A stretch of DNA of 64,000 nt, taken from Pseudonocardia sp. (lineage in GTDB: Bacteria > Actinomycetota > Actinomycetes > Mycobacteriales > Pseudonocardiaceae). Positions 24,640 to 35,980 of this stretch are shown one piece after another. How positions within the stretch are numbered: position 1 is the first letter of the stretch; every line of letters begins with the position of its first letter. Under the pieces are notes generated by a model. The model did not search any database. It was not told the origin of the DNA and worked only from the letters and a program-made list of their open reading frames with translations. The stretch is taken from contig JAOZVV010000002.1 of NCBI GenBank assembly GCA_025869365.1, forward strand, positions 11,495 to 75,494, read 5' to 3'. Both the position numbers and the translations under genes were made by a program.

Positions 24640-27501
24640 TCACGCTCCGCGTTCGTGCAGCCACACGGCGATCTGGGTCCTGCTGGCGAGCCCGAGCTTG
24701 GTCAGGACACTGCGGACGTGGGACTCCACCGTCCGCACCGAGAGGAAGAGCCGCCCCGCGATCTGCTGGTTGGTCAGCGCCTGCCCGATGAGCTCCGCGA
24801 CCTCGAACTCCCGCTCGGTCAGCCCACCCGGGCGGCCGGTCGGGCGGGTGCTCGTCGGACCGGATCCGTCCGCCAGGGCGACCGCCCTGGCCAGGGGGCC
24901 GGGCATGTCGAGTCGCCGCAGCCCGTCGGCCGCCTCCAGGGCGAGGCGGCGGGCCCGTCCCGGGGCGTCGCCCGCGAGGGACTCGGCGAGTCCGAGGCGG
25001 CCCAGCGCCGCGAACGGCCTCGCGCCGATGCGGTCGTCCACGGTGACCCCGCGGGCGAAGTGCTCGGCGGCCAGGGCGCGGTCGCCGAAGGTCAGGGCCA
25101 GCTGCCCGAGGTGGTACTCGTTCGAGCCGGCGGCGAAGGGTGAACCGCCGCCGTCCCCCGCGCACCAGGGCGCGACGGGGAGCAGCAGGCGGTAGCACTC
25201 GCGCGCGACCTCGTCGTCACCGACGGCGACGGCGGCGACGCCGATCTGGGTGATCGTTCCGGCCCACCGCGGGCCGAGTGGCGTCCGGCGGGGCACATCC
25301 CGCAAGTCGGCGAACTCGGCCCGGGCGCTGGTGAGATCGCCCCGGACGGCGTGGATCACCGGCAGGGACGCCCGGACCAGCGGGATCTGCGGGATCGCGT
25401 CGATCGCGGCGAGTGAGTCGGGCAGGAACTCCGCCGGGTCGCCACGAAGCAGCCCGAGCTGCACGTGCAGGGCGTGGTGCATCCCGATCATCGAGATGTC
25501 TCCCACGCGGTCGGCCAGGACGCGCGCCTCGCCGGCCCTGGCCCGGGCGACGTCGAACTGTCCGGCGAAGAGGCCGACGGCGGAACGCATGCGCAGGGCG
25601 TGCCAGCGGGCGACGGGGGAGGAGCGGCGGTCGGCGATCCTGTCCACGTCCGCGATCGCCTGCTGCACGGCGAGCATGTCGCCGCGCTGGAAGGCGAGGT
25701 CGGCCTGCCAGAGGTGTCCCCACAGGGCGCCCATCGTGGTGGCGGCGGATGCCCCGAGCTCGACGGCTCGGGCGGCGAGCTCGGCCCGTTGCTCGATCGC
25801 CTGCGGATAGCTGAGGACGAAGTGTCGAGCGGCGATCGTCTCGAGCTCGGCCTGCCGGTCGTCCGAGGCCCGCGCGGTGGCCAGGGCCTCCGCGGAGAGC
25901 GCCTCCGGGGTGGGGTCGGTGCCGGGGCCGCCGTCCTGGGGCGACTCGGCGGCCGCGACGGCGCACAGCGCCAGCAGCCGCGCTCGTCTGCTGATCTCCG
26001 AGGCGGGCAGGGCCGCGAGGGCACGACGGCACATCCCGCCGGTGATCCGGGCGGTGTCGAAGGAGCCGATGCCTTGGGGGACAAGGGCGAAATCGGCCAT
26101 CAGGTCCGGGCGTCCGGCGCGTTCGGCGAGGTCCAGCCCGGCCGTGCACGAACCGAGTGCGTCGCCGAGGCGTCCAGCCGCCCATTCGAACCGGGCCACG
26201 ACCAGGAGCCGCTCGGCGAGCTCGGTGTCCGTGGCGTCCAGCGATCGGGCCGACTCCAGGGCGAGGCGGCCCAGCTCGACGCCGCGGTCGGGCATCAGCG
26301 TCTGGCCGGCCGCCGCTCGCGCCGCGAGGTCCCGACACCGGGCCGCGGCCTCGGGCCCTTCGACGCGGGACCAGTGGACCGCGGCCGGTCCCGCCATCAG
26401 GGAGTCCCCGGTCCGTTCCAGTGCGGCGGCGACGCAGGCGTGGGCCCGAGCCCGCTCGGCGGGCCCGAGCTCGGTGACGATGGCGTCGCGGACGAGGGCG
26501 TGGTTGAAGGCCAGCCCGGTGACGCCGAAGTGCAGGATCCCGGCCCGGACCGCGGCCGCGAGGTGGTCGCTCACCTCCTGGACCGGGCGGCCGAGGGCGT
26601 CGGCGAGCAGCCCGGGTGCCAGCCGCTCACCCAGCACCGCCGCGGTCGCGATCGTGCGGTGCACGGGTTCGGGCAGCGCTCGGTAGGACGCCACGAGCAC
26701 CGCCCGCCAGGTCGGCCGCTCGGCCAGGACGGCGGCGATGTCCGCCCCCGGCCGGGGGACCTCCATCGTCAGGGTGCGGATGTAGAAGGGATTGCCGCCC
26801 GTCCTGCGGACGAGGTCCTCGGCGTGCCGGGACCACGTCCGCGTCTGCGGGTCCGCGGCCAGCCAGGTCGCGACGGACTCCGCCGCGAGGCCCGGGAGCG
26901 GGACGTGCACGGTGCCGGGCGCACGGAGCAGTTCGGGGACCACGCGGCCGAACGTGGACCGGTCGAGGTCGTCCTCGCGGGCCGTGGCGACGAGCAGCAC
27001 CCGTTCTGCGGCGATCTCCGGGAGCACCCGGCGCACCAGGTCGAGCGACAGCGGGTCCGCCCAGTGCAGGTCCTCCAGGACGACGGCCAGCCCGGCGTCC
27101 GCCGCCCGGGCGGCGAGGAGAGCCGCGACGGCGTCCGCGAGCCGCAGCCGTGCGCCGTCGTCGGCATCGACGTCCTGGGCGGCGTCGAGGATCTGCGTCA
27201 GCCCGGTGACGCTGCGCGCCACCCGGCGCCAGGGCCACAGCGGCGGCGCGCCCGGGTCGTCCATGCACCAGCCGCGGGCGATGCTCATCCCGAGTGCCGA
27301 CGCCTGGTCGGACAGCGCCTGGGCCAGGTGGCTCTTCCCGATCCCGGCCTCGCCCGTGAGCAGGACGAGCCGGCCCGCGCCGTCCAGGGCGCTGCGGCAC
27401 GCCGCATCCAGGCGCGCCAGCTCGGTCCGACGACCCGGAACGGACAGCACGGGGGCACGGTAGCGCCGGGGCGGGTTCAGTGGCGGCGTCCGTGGCAGCA
27501 C
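24640..27501 (-). CDS. large ATP-binding LuxR-family regulator (LAL/MalT-like)
   Basis: 953 aa. Walker A LLTGEAGIGKSHL. Long helical-repeat middle region. C-terminal LuxR HTH LTEREFEVAELIGQALTNQQIAGRLFLSVRTVESHV. Confidence 0.9.
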   Translation of the reverse strand: MLPRTPPLNPPRRYRAPVLSVPGRRTELARLDAACRSALDGAGRLVLLTGEAGIGKSHLAQALSDQASALGMSIARGWCMDDPGAPPLWPWRRVARSVTGLTQILDAAQDVDADDGARLRLADAVAALLAARAADAGLAVVLEDLHWADPLSLDLVRRVLPEIAAERVLLVATAREDDLDRSTFGRVVPELLRAPGTVHVPLPGLAAESVATWLAADPQTRTWSRHAEDLVRRTGGNPFYIRTLTMEVPRPGADIAAVLAERPTWRAVLVASYRALPEPVHRTIATAAVLGERLAPGLLADALGRPVQEVSDHLAAAVRAGILHFGVTGLAFNHALVRDAIVTELGPAERARAHACVAAALERTGDSLMAGPAAVHWSRVEGPEAAARCRDLAARAAAGQTLMPDRGVELGRLALESARSLDATDTELAERLLVVARFEWAAGRLGDALGSCTAGLDLAERAGRPDLMADFALVPQGIGSFDTARITGGMCRRALAALPASEISRRARLLALCAVAAAESPQDGGPGTDPTPEALSAEALATARASDDRQAELETIAARHFVLSYPQAIEQRAELAARAVELGASAATTMGALWGHLWQADLAFQRGDMLAVQQAIADVDRIADRRSSPVARWHALRMRSAVGLFAGQFDVARARAGEARVLADRVGDISMIGMHHALHVQLGLLRGDPAEFLPDSLAAIDAIPQIPLVRASLPVIHAVRGDLTSARAEFADLRDVPRRTPLGPRWAGTITQIGVAAVAVGDDEVARECYRLLLPVAPWCAGDGGGSPFAAGSNEYHLGQLALTFGDRALAAEHFARGVTVDDRIGARPFAALGRLGLAESLAGDAPGRARRLALEAADGLRRLDMPGPLARAVALADGSGPTSTRPTGRPGGLTEREFEVAELIGQALTNQQIAGRLFLSVRTVESHVRSVLTKLGLASRTQIAVWLHERGA

Positions 27502-27577
27502 TGAGGCGGCGCGGCCGGGACCCGCGCACGATCGGCGCAGGGTCCCGCCCCGGGGTCCGGTAGGTCAGGAGGAACCC

Positions 27578-27925
27578 ATGTACCTGCAGATCATCACGTT
27601 CGACGGGCCCCGCAGCGCCGCTGTCGTCGAGGCGGCGCGGCGGGCCGGCCGTGAGCGGATCGCGCCACTGGTCGAGGCCAACCCCGAGCTCAGGGCGGGG
27701 TTGCTCGGTGGTTTCCGGGCGGTCGGGCCGGACGGCGCGGAATGCGTGGTGCAGCTCGCCCGCGACGCCGCGGCTCTCGACACCCTGGAGCAGGTGGTGA
27801 TGTCCTCCGAGCTCCTTCCCGGGGAGGACCCGGCCCTGTTGTCCGGGCCGAGCCGGGCGGAGCGCTACGTCGTCTCGGACGCCTTCGGGCCGCTGTCCGA
27901 GCTCGTGGCCGGGGCGGAGCGATGA
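27578..27925 (+). CDS. hypothetical protein (possibly dimeric alpha/beta-barrel)
   Basis: Strong SD CAGGAGGA 5 nt before the ATG. High GC3. 115 aa beginning MYLQIITFDGPRS... No motif recognised. Confidence 0.6.
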   Translation: MYLQIITFDGPRSAAVVEAARRAGRERIAPLVEANPELRAGLLGGFRAVGPDGAECVVQLARDAAALDTLEQVVMSSELLPGEDPALLSGPSRAERYVVSDAFGPLSELVAGAER

Positions 27926-28512
27926 GCGCCGCGGCCGAGAACGTCGGCACGCCGGCCCCGGCCCGCACGGCCGGGCGGTGGACGGTCGTGCCGGCGGACA
28001 GCCGGGTCCGGTTCCGTGTCCGGGACAAGCTCGTGGCGACGGTCCACGGCTCCCTGCCGATCGAGGAGGGCGCGGCGGTCCTCGACGGCGACGGTGAGGT
28101 GACGCGCGCCTGGATCGGCCTGGCGGTGCCGGGAATCGCGACGGGGAACGCCCACCGGGACAGGGACCTGCAGAAACCGGGGCTCCTCGACGCCGCGTCG
28201 TTCCCCTCGGTCAGGGTCGAGGTGGAGGCCCGGTCGTCCGTCGCGACCGGGAGCACGGCGCGGGCCGTCGTCCACGCCCGCGGCCGCTCCGCACCGCTGG
28301 ACCTGACCGTCGAGACCGTCGCGGTCGACGCCACGGCCGCCGACACCTCCGCGGACCGGGCAGGGGTCCGGGTGACGGGCCGGCTGGACCGGACCCCGCT
28401 GGAGATCAGGGCACCGTCGTTCGTCATCGGCCGGTTCCTCGACCTCGAGGCCGACCTGATCTTCCGTCGGCAGCCGGACGACGACGATCCGGACGGCCGG
28501 GAAGGGCGCTGA
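27922..28512 (+). CDS. YceI-like domain protein
   Basis: ATGA overlap with the upstream gene. ...WTVVPADSRVRFRVRDKLVATVHGSL... and ...GNAHRDRDLQKPGLLDAASFPS... match the YceI pattern. Confidence 0.75.
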   Translation: MSAAAENVGTPAPARTAGRWTVVPADSRVRFRVRDKLVATVHGSLPIEEGAAVLDGDGEVTRAWIGLAVPGIATGNAHRDRDLQKPGLLDAASFPSVRVEVEARSSVATGSTARAVVHARGRSAPLDLTVETVAVDATAADTSADRAGVRVTGRLDRTPLEIRAPSFVIGRFLDLEADLIFRRQPDDDDPDGREGR

Positions 28513-28555
28513 CGGGAGCCTTGGCCGGACCGGCCGGGCGTCCTACCGTGGGCCG

Positions 28556-29173
28556 ATGCGCAGCGACGACGTGCGGGAGGTGGCCCAGGTCTGCACCTCG
28601 GCGCTGAGTCACATGCTGGAACGCGCCCGGGATCCCGGCACGGACTGGGCGGCGCGCGCGGGGGATCTCGACATGAGTGTGGCCGAGGTCGTGGCCCACA
28701 CCGGGCAGCGGGTGCTGCTGTTGGCGACGGACCTGGCCGGCGGCCCGGCGGGCCTCGGCACGGTGGAGGTGCGGATCACCGCGCACGCCCCGCCCGCGGC
28801 CCTGGTGGCGACGGTCCGCACCGCGGCCGAGGTGCTGGCCGCCGTGCTGGACGCCACCCCGGAGGACGCCCGCGGTTTCCATCCGGACGGCCTCTCGGAC
28901 CCCTCCGGCTTCGCCGCGCTGGCGTGCGACGAGATGCTGGTGCACACCGACGACGCCGCGCACGGCCTCGGCGTGTCCTTCGTCCCGGACCCGCACCTGG
29001 CCGCCCGGGTCCTGCGCCGGCTCTTCCCGTGGGCGCCGCGACACGAGCTCTCCTGGCCGACGCTGCGCTGGGCGAACGGCCGGTCCCCGCTGGGGGACCG
29101 GCCCCGTCAGGAGTCCTGGCGGCCGCTCTGCGTGCCGCTGACGGAGTGGGACGGGGCCAGGCCCGTGCCCTAG
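28556..29173 (+). CDS. DinB/mycothiol-maleylpyruvate-isomerase N-terminal-like protein
   Basis: 205 aa. AEVVAHTGQ... / ...DEMLVHTDD... is a His-containing four-helix pattern. This is a weak assignment. Confidence 0.55.
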   Translation: MRSDDVREVAQVCTSALSHMLERARDPGTDWAARAGDLDMSVAEVVAHTGQRVLLLATDLAGGPAGLGTVEVRITAHAPPAALVATVRTAAEVLAAVLDATPEDARGFHPDGLSDPSGFAALACDEMLVHTDDAAHGLGVSFVPDPHLAARVLRRLFPWAPRHELSWPTLRWANGRSPLGDRPRQESWRPLCVPLTEWDGARPVP

Positions 29174-29192
29174 GCCGAGCCGGCCGGGGCGG

Positions 29193-30152
29193 TCAGAGCG
29201 CGGCTTCGCCCGCGCGGTCCACGCGGTGGTGGAAGCGTTCGCCGGCCTTGCCGCCCAGCACGGCGCCGATGAGCGTGACGACGACCGCGACGGCCAGCGC
29301 GACCAGCCCGCCGGCGGTGAAGGTGCTGTCCGGCAACGCGATCCCGGGCAGCCGCTCGGCGAACCCGGCCTGCGTGCCCGCGATCGCGGTCCCGATCGTG
29401 GCGGCGACGGTGACGATGAACCCGATCACCCAGGTCGTCACGCCGTTGCGGGCGCCGTCGAAGCGGGCGAGCCGGCCCGCGACGTAGCCGCCGGCCAGGT
29501 AGGACAGGAACAGGATCGCGACGGCGACGATGCCGCCGACCAGCCCGACCGTCTGCACGTCCGCGCTGACCCCGTTGCCGCTCACCGCGTTGCCCAGGTC
29601 CGGGCCCGCGCCGGTGAGGGCCGCGACGCCCGTCGCGATCGCCGCGAGGATCACCGTGAGCCCGACGGCGACGATCCAGCCGAAGAACGCGCAGCCGATC
29701 TTGAGCCCGCCGAAGCGCTCGTACTGGTGGACGCGCGCGGCGGTGAGCGCGCCGCGGCCGGTGTAGTGGCGGTCGAGCTCGACGGTGTCGTCCGTGGTCC
29801 CGGTGGGGGCGCTGCGGAAGGCCCGCCGGTCCACGGGCACGTGCAGGTGCCCGGCCTTGTCCCCGGGGGCCGCCCCGGCGAGCGGCACCATGCGTGCCCC
29901 GCCGAAGCTCGGCTTGACCACGCCCCAGGCGGGCGCGCCGTCGGGACCGGGGAGCACCTTCGTCAACCGGCCCAGCGACCCGCCCTCCCGGCCGCGCACC
30001 GTGTGCCCGACGAGCGAATCCGGGCTCGCGGTGGGGTGCGCGAGCGGCGTGGTGGCCCCGGTCGCGGACGATCCGGTGTCCGTGGGTGCGTCGCGGACTG
30101 GGGCCCCCGGTGCGCCGTCGACAGAGCTCGTCCTGTCCGCCGGTGTCGTCAT
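29193..30152 (-). CDS. PRC-barrel domain protein with C-terminal multi-TM domain
   Basis: ATG at aa 13 of ORF 29193..30188. ...VRGREGGSLGRLTKVLPGPDGAPAWGVVKP..ARMVPLAGA... is followed by about 4 TM helices. Confidence 0.7.
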   Translation of the reverse strand: MTTPADRTSSVDGAPGAPVRDAPTDTGSSATGATTPLAHPTASPDSLVGHTVRGREGGSLGRLTKVLPGPDGAPAWGVVKPSFGGARMVPLAGAAPGDKAGHLHVPVDRRAFRSAPTGTTDDTVELDRHYTGRGALTAARVHQYERFGGLKIGCAFFGWIVAVGLTVILAAIATGVAALTGAGPDLGNAVSGNGVSADVQTVGLVGGIVAVAILFLSYLAGGYVAGRLARFDGARNGVTTWVIGFIVTVAATIGTAIAGTQAGFAERLPGIALPDSTFTAGGLVALAVAVVVTLIGAVLGGKAGERFHHRVDRAGEAAL

Positions 30153-30274
30153 GGGGCCGTGTACCCGGGCGTGCGCTCGCTCACACATGGTCCACGTGCG
30201 AGGCCCGTACCGCGCACGTGGGACGATGGACGGGTCCCGTAGCTGAATGGATCCCCCCGGAAATTGGATACTGA

Positions 30275-32116
<1,842 letters not shown>

Positions 32117-32190
32117 GAGGGCACGGCTCACTGCTGAACCGGGAGCCGGGGAGGCAGGGCCGTGGGGGTGGCTGGCTGTCGCGGTGGTGG

Positions 32191-32290
32191 TGGGAGCTGG
32201 GGCTGTGCTGGGAGCTGGGCCTGGAGTGGGAGCCTGGCCGGGGTGGGAGCTGGATCTGGGGTGGGAGCTTGTGCTGGGAGCTGGGCTGCG
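32191..32290. repeat. degenerate 13-19-bp repeat array (TGGGAGCTGG core x6) in the lepA/MarR convergent spacer
   Basis: The core recurs at about 32191, 32210, 32227, 32244, 32262 and 32275. Confidence 0.7.
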
Positions 32291-32300
32291 GGGCGGGGAG

Positions 32301-32801
32301 TCAGACTGCGTGGTCGACGGGGGTGGAGAGTTCCTCGAGCAGATCGGCGAGTTGACTTCGTTCCGGGGTCCGGGCGCTGCCGAGGGCGTTGCCGACGCGC
32401 CGCTCGATCGCCCCGCACACCCGCTCGACCACCGCTCTACCGTCCGTGGCGAGGTGGACGAGCACCCGTCTTCGGTCCACCGGGTCTCCCTGGCGGTACG
32501 CCAGACGCTGGGTCACCAGCCGGTCGACGACGCGGGTGGCGGTGGGGGCGGGGAGAGCGGTGTGCGTGGCGATCTCGCCCATGCTGCGGCCACCGCCGCG
32601 GGCGAGCATCAACAGGACCCGCCAGCCGTCACGACTGACGCCCTCGGCCGAGGTGACCGGGTGCAGTGCCGTCGCAACGGCTCGCTCCACCCGGTCGAGG
32701 AGCTCGACGAGGCCAGGGACGCGCGGCGCCGGTATCAGAGGCGTCGGGACCGGGGAGGGGACCCCGCGACCCGACGCCTGCCGACTCACAGGTTCAGACA
32801 C
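32301..32801 (-). CDS. MarR family transcriptional regulator
   Basis: C-terminal part of ORF 32301..33593. ...WRVLLMLARGGGRSMGEIATHTALPAPTATRVVDRLVTQRLAYRQGDPVDRRRVLVHLATDG. The start is uncertain (GTG 32801 or 32789, ATG 32873). Confidence 0.8.
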   Translation of the reverse strand: MSEPVSRQASGRGVPSPVPTPLIPAPRVPGLVELLDRVERAVATALHPVTSAEGVSRDGWRVLLMLARGGGRSMGEIATHTALPAPTATRVVDRLVTQRLAYRQGDPVDRRRVLVHLATDGRAVVERVCGAIERRVGNALGSARTPERSQLADLLEELSTPVDHAV

Positions 32802-32890
32802 GGTGACCGACTGTACTGAAGAACTGCGCCGTTTGCCCCTCTGTCCAGGAAAAAGGCCGAACCTCACGCTCATCCTGTGAGCGTTCGATC

Positions 32891-33856
32891 TCAGCGCGTG
32901 AGCACGATCTTGCCGGCGGTCTCGCCGTCGAGCATCGTCCGGAACGCCTCGTCTGCCCGTTCCATCGGCACCTCGAGCCCGATCTCCGGCGTGATCGAGG
33001 CGTTCGCGACGAAGGCGAGGAGATCCGCGAGCTCCTGGCGGGTGCCCATCGTCGAGCCCTCCACGCGCAGCTGGAGGAAGAACAGCCGCTGCAGGTCCGC
33101 ACCCGGGTTCGGCCCGCTCGTCGACCCGCAGACGATGATCGCGCCACCCGGTCGCAGGGCGCGCATGGAGTGCTTCCACGTGGCGTCGCCGACGGACTCG
33201 AAGACCGCGTCGACCTTGCCGGGCAACCGGGCGCCGGACTCGAAGACCTGGTGCGCGCCCAGCTTCTCGGCGAGTGCCCGCTTCTCCTCTGTGCGGCCGG
33301 TGACCCACACCCGCATCCCGGCGGCCTTGCCGAGCTGGACCAGGGCCGTCGACACCCCGCCGGAGGCGCCCTGGACGAGCATGGTCTGGCCGGGCTTGAG
33401 ACCGGACTTGGTGAACAGCATGCGGTACGCGGTGAGCCAGGCGGTGCCCATGACGGACGCCTGCACCGCGGTGAGCCCCGCGGGCTTCGGCACGGCGTTG
33501 CGGGCGGGCACGACGATCGTGTCCGCCATCGAGCCCTGGTGCTTCTCGGTGAGCAGCGTGCGCTTGGGGTCCAGCGTCTCGTCCCCGCTCCACGCCGGGT
33601 CGCCGATGATCGAGTGCAGGACGACCTCGGTGCCGTCCTCCAGCGTCCCGGCGCCGTCGCAGCCCAGGATCATGGGGAACTGCTCGGGCTTGATCCCGAC
33701 CCCGCGCAGCGTCCAGATGTCGTGCATGTTGAGGCTGGCGGCGGTCACCGTGACCTTCACCCAGCCTTCGGGGACCTCGGGATCCGGACGCTCCCCGACG
33801 GTCAGCGAGTCGAGCGGAGCGTCGGCGTTGGGCTCTGCGGCATAGACAGCGAACAT
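32891..33856 (-). CDS. zinc-type alcohol dehydrogenase / quinone oxidoreductase (MDR superfamily)
   Basis: 321 aa. ...LNMHDIWTLRG....PMILGCDGAG... and Rossmann motif VQGASGGVSTALVQL. Confidence 0.9.
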   Translation of the reverse strand: MFAVYAAEPNADAPLDSLTVGERPDPEVPEGWVKVTVTAASLNMHDIWTLRGVGIKPEQFPMILGCDGAGTLEDGTEVVLHSIIGDPAWSGDETLDPKRTLLTEKHQGSMADTIVVPARNAVPKPAGLTAVQASVMGTAWLTAYRMLFTKSGLKPGQTMLVQGASGGVSTALVQLGKAAGMRVWVTGRTEEKRALAEKLGAHQVFESGARLPGKVDAVFESVGDATWKHSMRALRPGGAIIVCGSTSGPNPGADLQRLFFLQLRVEGSTMGTRQELADLLAFVANASITPEIGLEVPMERADEAFRTMLDGETAGKIVLTR

Positions 33857-33900
33857 GTACCGGAATCTAGTCGGCCCGGCAGCGGGATACCGTGTGAGCC

Positions 33901-34077
33901 GTGTGGCGGGCCGTTGCGGACTGGTGGGACTCGGTCGAGCTGTGGGTGACCCAGCTCGCGTTCCCGTTCCAGGTGCTGCTCGCGCTCGTCGTGGTGCTGC
34001 CGGTGTGCTGGTTCGCCGCCGCGGCGATCGACCGGGTGGTGGGCGTCGTCCTCACCGCCGTCCGCCGCCGGCCCTGA
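33901..34077 (+). CDS. candidate 58-aa membrane protein (below the ORF-track cutoff)
   Basis: Hand translation gives VWRAVADWWDSVELWVTQLAFPFQVLLALVVVLPVCWFAAAAIDRVVGVVLTAVRRRP*. It has high GC3, one or two TM segments, an in-frame TGA just upstream and a weak SD. Confidence 0.3.
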   Translation: MWRAVADWWDSVELWVTQLAFPFQVLLALVVVLPVCWFAAAAIDRVVGVVLTAVRRRP

Positions 34078-34121
34078 GCATCCGCGGCGACCGCCCGATG
34101 CGGCGGGCGGGCGGGTACTGA

Positions 34122-35015
34122 TCAGGGAGCCAGGTCCCGCCACTGGCCGATGGGCTCGCGGTCCGTCGGGCCGGTGGCGACGCCCGCGAGCGCGGACAGC
34201 ACCTCGGAGCACCCGTCGTCGATCAGCGCGGTGGCGAGCGGGTCCCCGCGCGTCTCGCCGCGGTTCACGATCACCACCGGCACGTCGAGCTTCTTGGCGT
34301 GCTTGACGAACCGCAGCCCGGACATGACGGTCAGCGACGACCCGGCGACGAGCAGCGCGCCGTCCCGCGGGACCAGCGCGTCGACCATCGCGTAGGCCCT
34401 GGTCACGCGTTCCTTGGGGACGTTCTCGCCGAAGAACACGACGTCCGGTTTGAGGGCCCCGCCGCAGGACTCGCACGCGGCGAGCCGGAAGCCGTCCGTC
34501 GTCTCCAGCACGGCGTCGCCGTCCGGGGCGGTCTCGATCCCCGGCCCGACCGCGTCCACGAATCCCGGGTTCAGCTCCTCGAAGCGGGCCTGGAGCACCT
34601 CCCGCGGGCTGATCTGCCTGCAGCCCAGGCAGATCACGTCCGCGATGCGCCCGTGCAGGTCGATCAGCGCCCGGCTGCCGGCGGTGCCGTGCAGCCCGTC
34701 GACGTTCTGGGTGATGAGCCCGTGCAGCGTCCCGGCCCGCTCCAGCGTGGCCAGCGCGTGGTGCCCCGGGTTCGGTACGGCGCGGCGCATCCGGGCCCAG
34801 CCGACGTGGCTGCGCGCCCAGTAGCGACGCTGTGCGGTCTCACCGGAGACGAACTCGCCGTAGGTCATCGGGCGGCGCGGCGGCGAGCCCGGGCCGCGGT
34901 AGTCCGGGATGCCGGAGTCCGTGCTCATGCCCGCTCCGGTCAGTGCCACGAGCGGCCGGTCGCGGAGGATCTCCAGGGCCCGCCCGACCTGGGAGGCGGC
35001 GGTGTTCGTCGGCAC
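34122..35015 (-). CDS. NAD-dependent protein deacylase, Sir2 family
   Basis: GAGMSTDSGIPDYRG, QNVDGLH, Zn-ribbon CLGC...CESC. Confidence 0.9.
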   Translation of the reverse strand: MPTNTAASQVGRALEILRDRPLVALTGAGMSTDSGIPDYRGPGSPPRRPMTYGEFVSGETAQRRYWARSHVGWARMRRAVPNPGHHALATLERAGTLHGLITQNVDGLHGTAGSRALIDLHGRIADVICLGCRQISPREVLQARFEELNPGFVDAVGPGIETAPDGDAVLETTDGFRLAACESCGGALKPDVVFFGENVPKERVTRAYAMVDALVPRDGALLVAGSSLTVMSGLRFVKHAKKLDVPVVIVNRGETRGDPLATALIDDGCSEVLSALAGVATGPTDREPIGQWRDLAP

Positions 35016-35072
35016 GGGACCCAGGATAGGTGCCGCGTCGCGCCGGTGCCCCCCGCGGACCGGCCGGGCGGG

Positions 35073-35849
35073 TCAGCCCGGGGTGACCCACGAGGGCGTC
35101 CGCTTCTCACCGAACGCGCGGATCCCCTCCTGGCCCTCCTCACCCGCGAAGTACCCGGCGGACAGGGCGTTCATCTCGGCGAAGTCCTCCGCCATCGACG
35201 CCGGGTGCTCACGGCGCAGGATCTCCTTCGTCCCGGCCAGCGCTCCCGGCGCGCCGAGCGCGAGCATGCCGGTGTAGCGGGCCACCTCCGCGTCGACGTC
35301 CTCGGCCGGGACCGCGCTGTTGATCAGGCCGATCTCCTTGGCGCGCACCGCGTCGAACGTCTCGCCGGTGAGGAACAGTTCGTGCGCGGCGCGGGGGAGC
35401 AGCCGCGGCAGCACCGTCACGGAGATGACGGCCGGGACGACGCCGATCCGCACCTCCGTGAAGGCGAACGTCGCCTTCTCGGCCGCGACGGCGATGTCGC
35501 ACGCCGCGACGATCCCGACCCCGCCCGCCCTGGCCGGTCCGGTGAGCCGGGCGACGACGGGCTTCGGCGACGTCCACAGCGTCTCGAGGATGCGCGGGAC
35601 CTCCGTGACACCCTGCTGCTGCGCACCCGCGCCCCTCGATTCCTTGAGGTCCATGCCCGCGCAGAAGACGCTGCCGCTGTGGGTCAGCACGATCACCCGC
35701 ACCGCGTCGTCCGCGATCACCGCGTCGAGGTGGGCGATCAGCTCGCGACGCAGCTGCGCGGAGAGCGCGTTGCGGTTCGCGGGGGAGTCGAGGGTGATCG
35801 TGGCGATCCCGGCCTCGGTGTCGAGCCGGACGAGAGAATCGGTGGTCAC
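35073..35849 (-). CDS. enoyl-CoA hydratase/isomerase (crotonase) family
   Basis: GTG at aa 258 of ORF 35073..36620. ...ATITLDSPANRNALS...VFCAGMDLKE... Confidence 0.9.
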   Translation of the reverse strand: MTTDSLVRLDTEAGIATITLDSPANRNALSAQLRRELIAHLDAVIADDAVRVIVLTHSGSVFCAGMDLKESRGAGAQQQGVTEVPRILETLWTSPKPVVARLTGPARAGGVGIVAACDIAVAAEKATFAFTEVRIGVVPAVISVTVLPRLLPRAAHELFLTGETFDAVRAKEIGLINSAVPAEDVDAEVARYTGMLALGAPGALAGTKEILRREHPASMAEDFAEMNALSAGYFAGEEGQEGIRAFGEKRTPSWVTPG

Positions 35850-35980
35850 GTCCGGGCACGTTACGCGGCGGCGCCCCCGGGCCGGGCCCTCGTGGCGGCT
35901 GCTCCGGACGGCGCCTTCACGAACGGTCGTATGGGCGCGATGATGAGGTCTCGCTCGACGACGAGGTCGGGAGGAGTGCG

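Noticed and set aside
32128-32418. A 96-aa Pro/Ala/Gln-rich minus-strand ORF over the TGGGAGCTGG repeats.
   Set aside because: It overlaps the MarR 3' end in another frame and has no start context. Its composition simply mirrors the repeat. It is considered non-coding.
35840-35890. An apparent 1-nt disagreement between my hand-indexing of the printed sequence (G/C homopolymer runs) and the frames in the ORF track. It could look like a frameshift.
   Set aside because: This is most likely my own counting error in a homopolymer run. The ORF-track arithmetic is self-consistent on both sides. Coordinates here were derived from the track, and no pseudogene is claimed.
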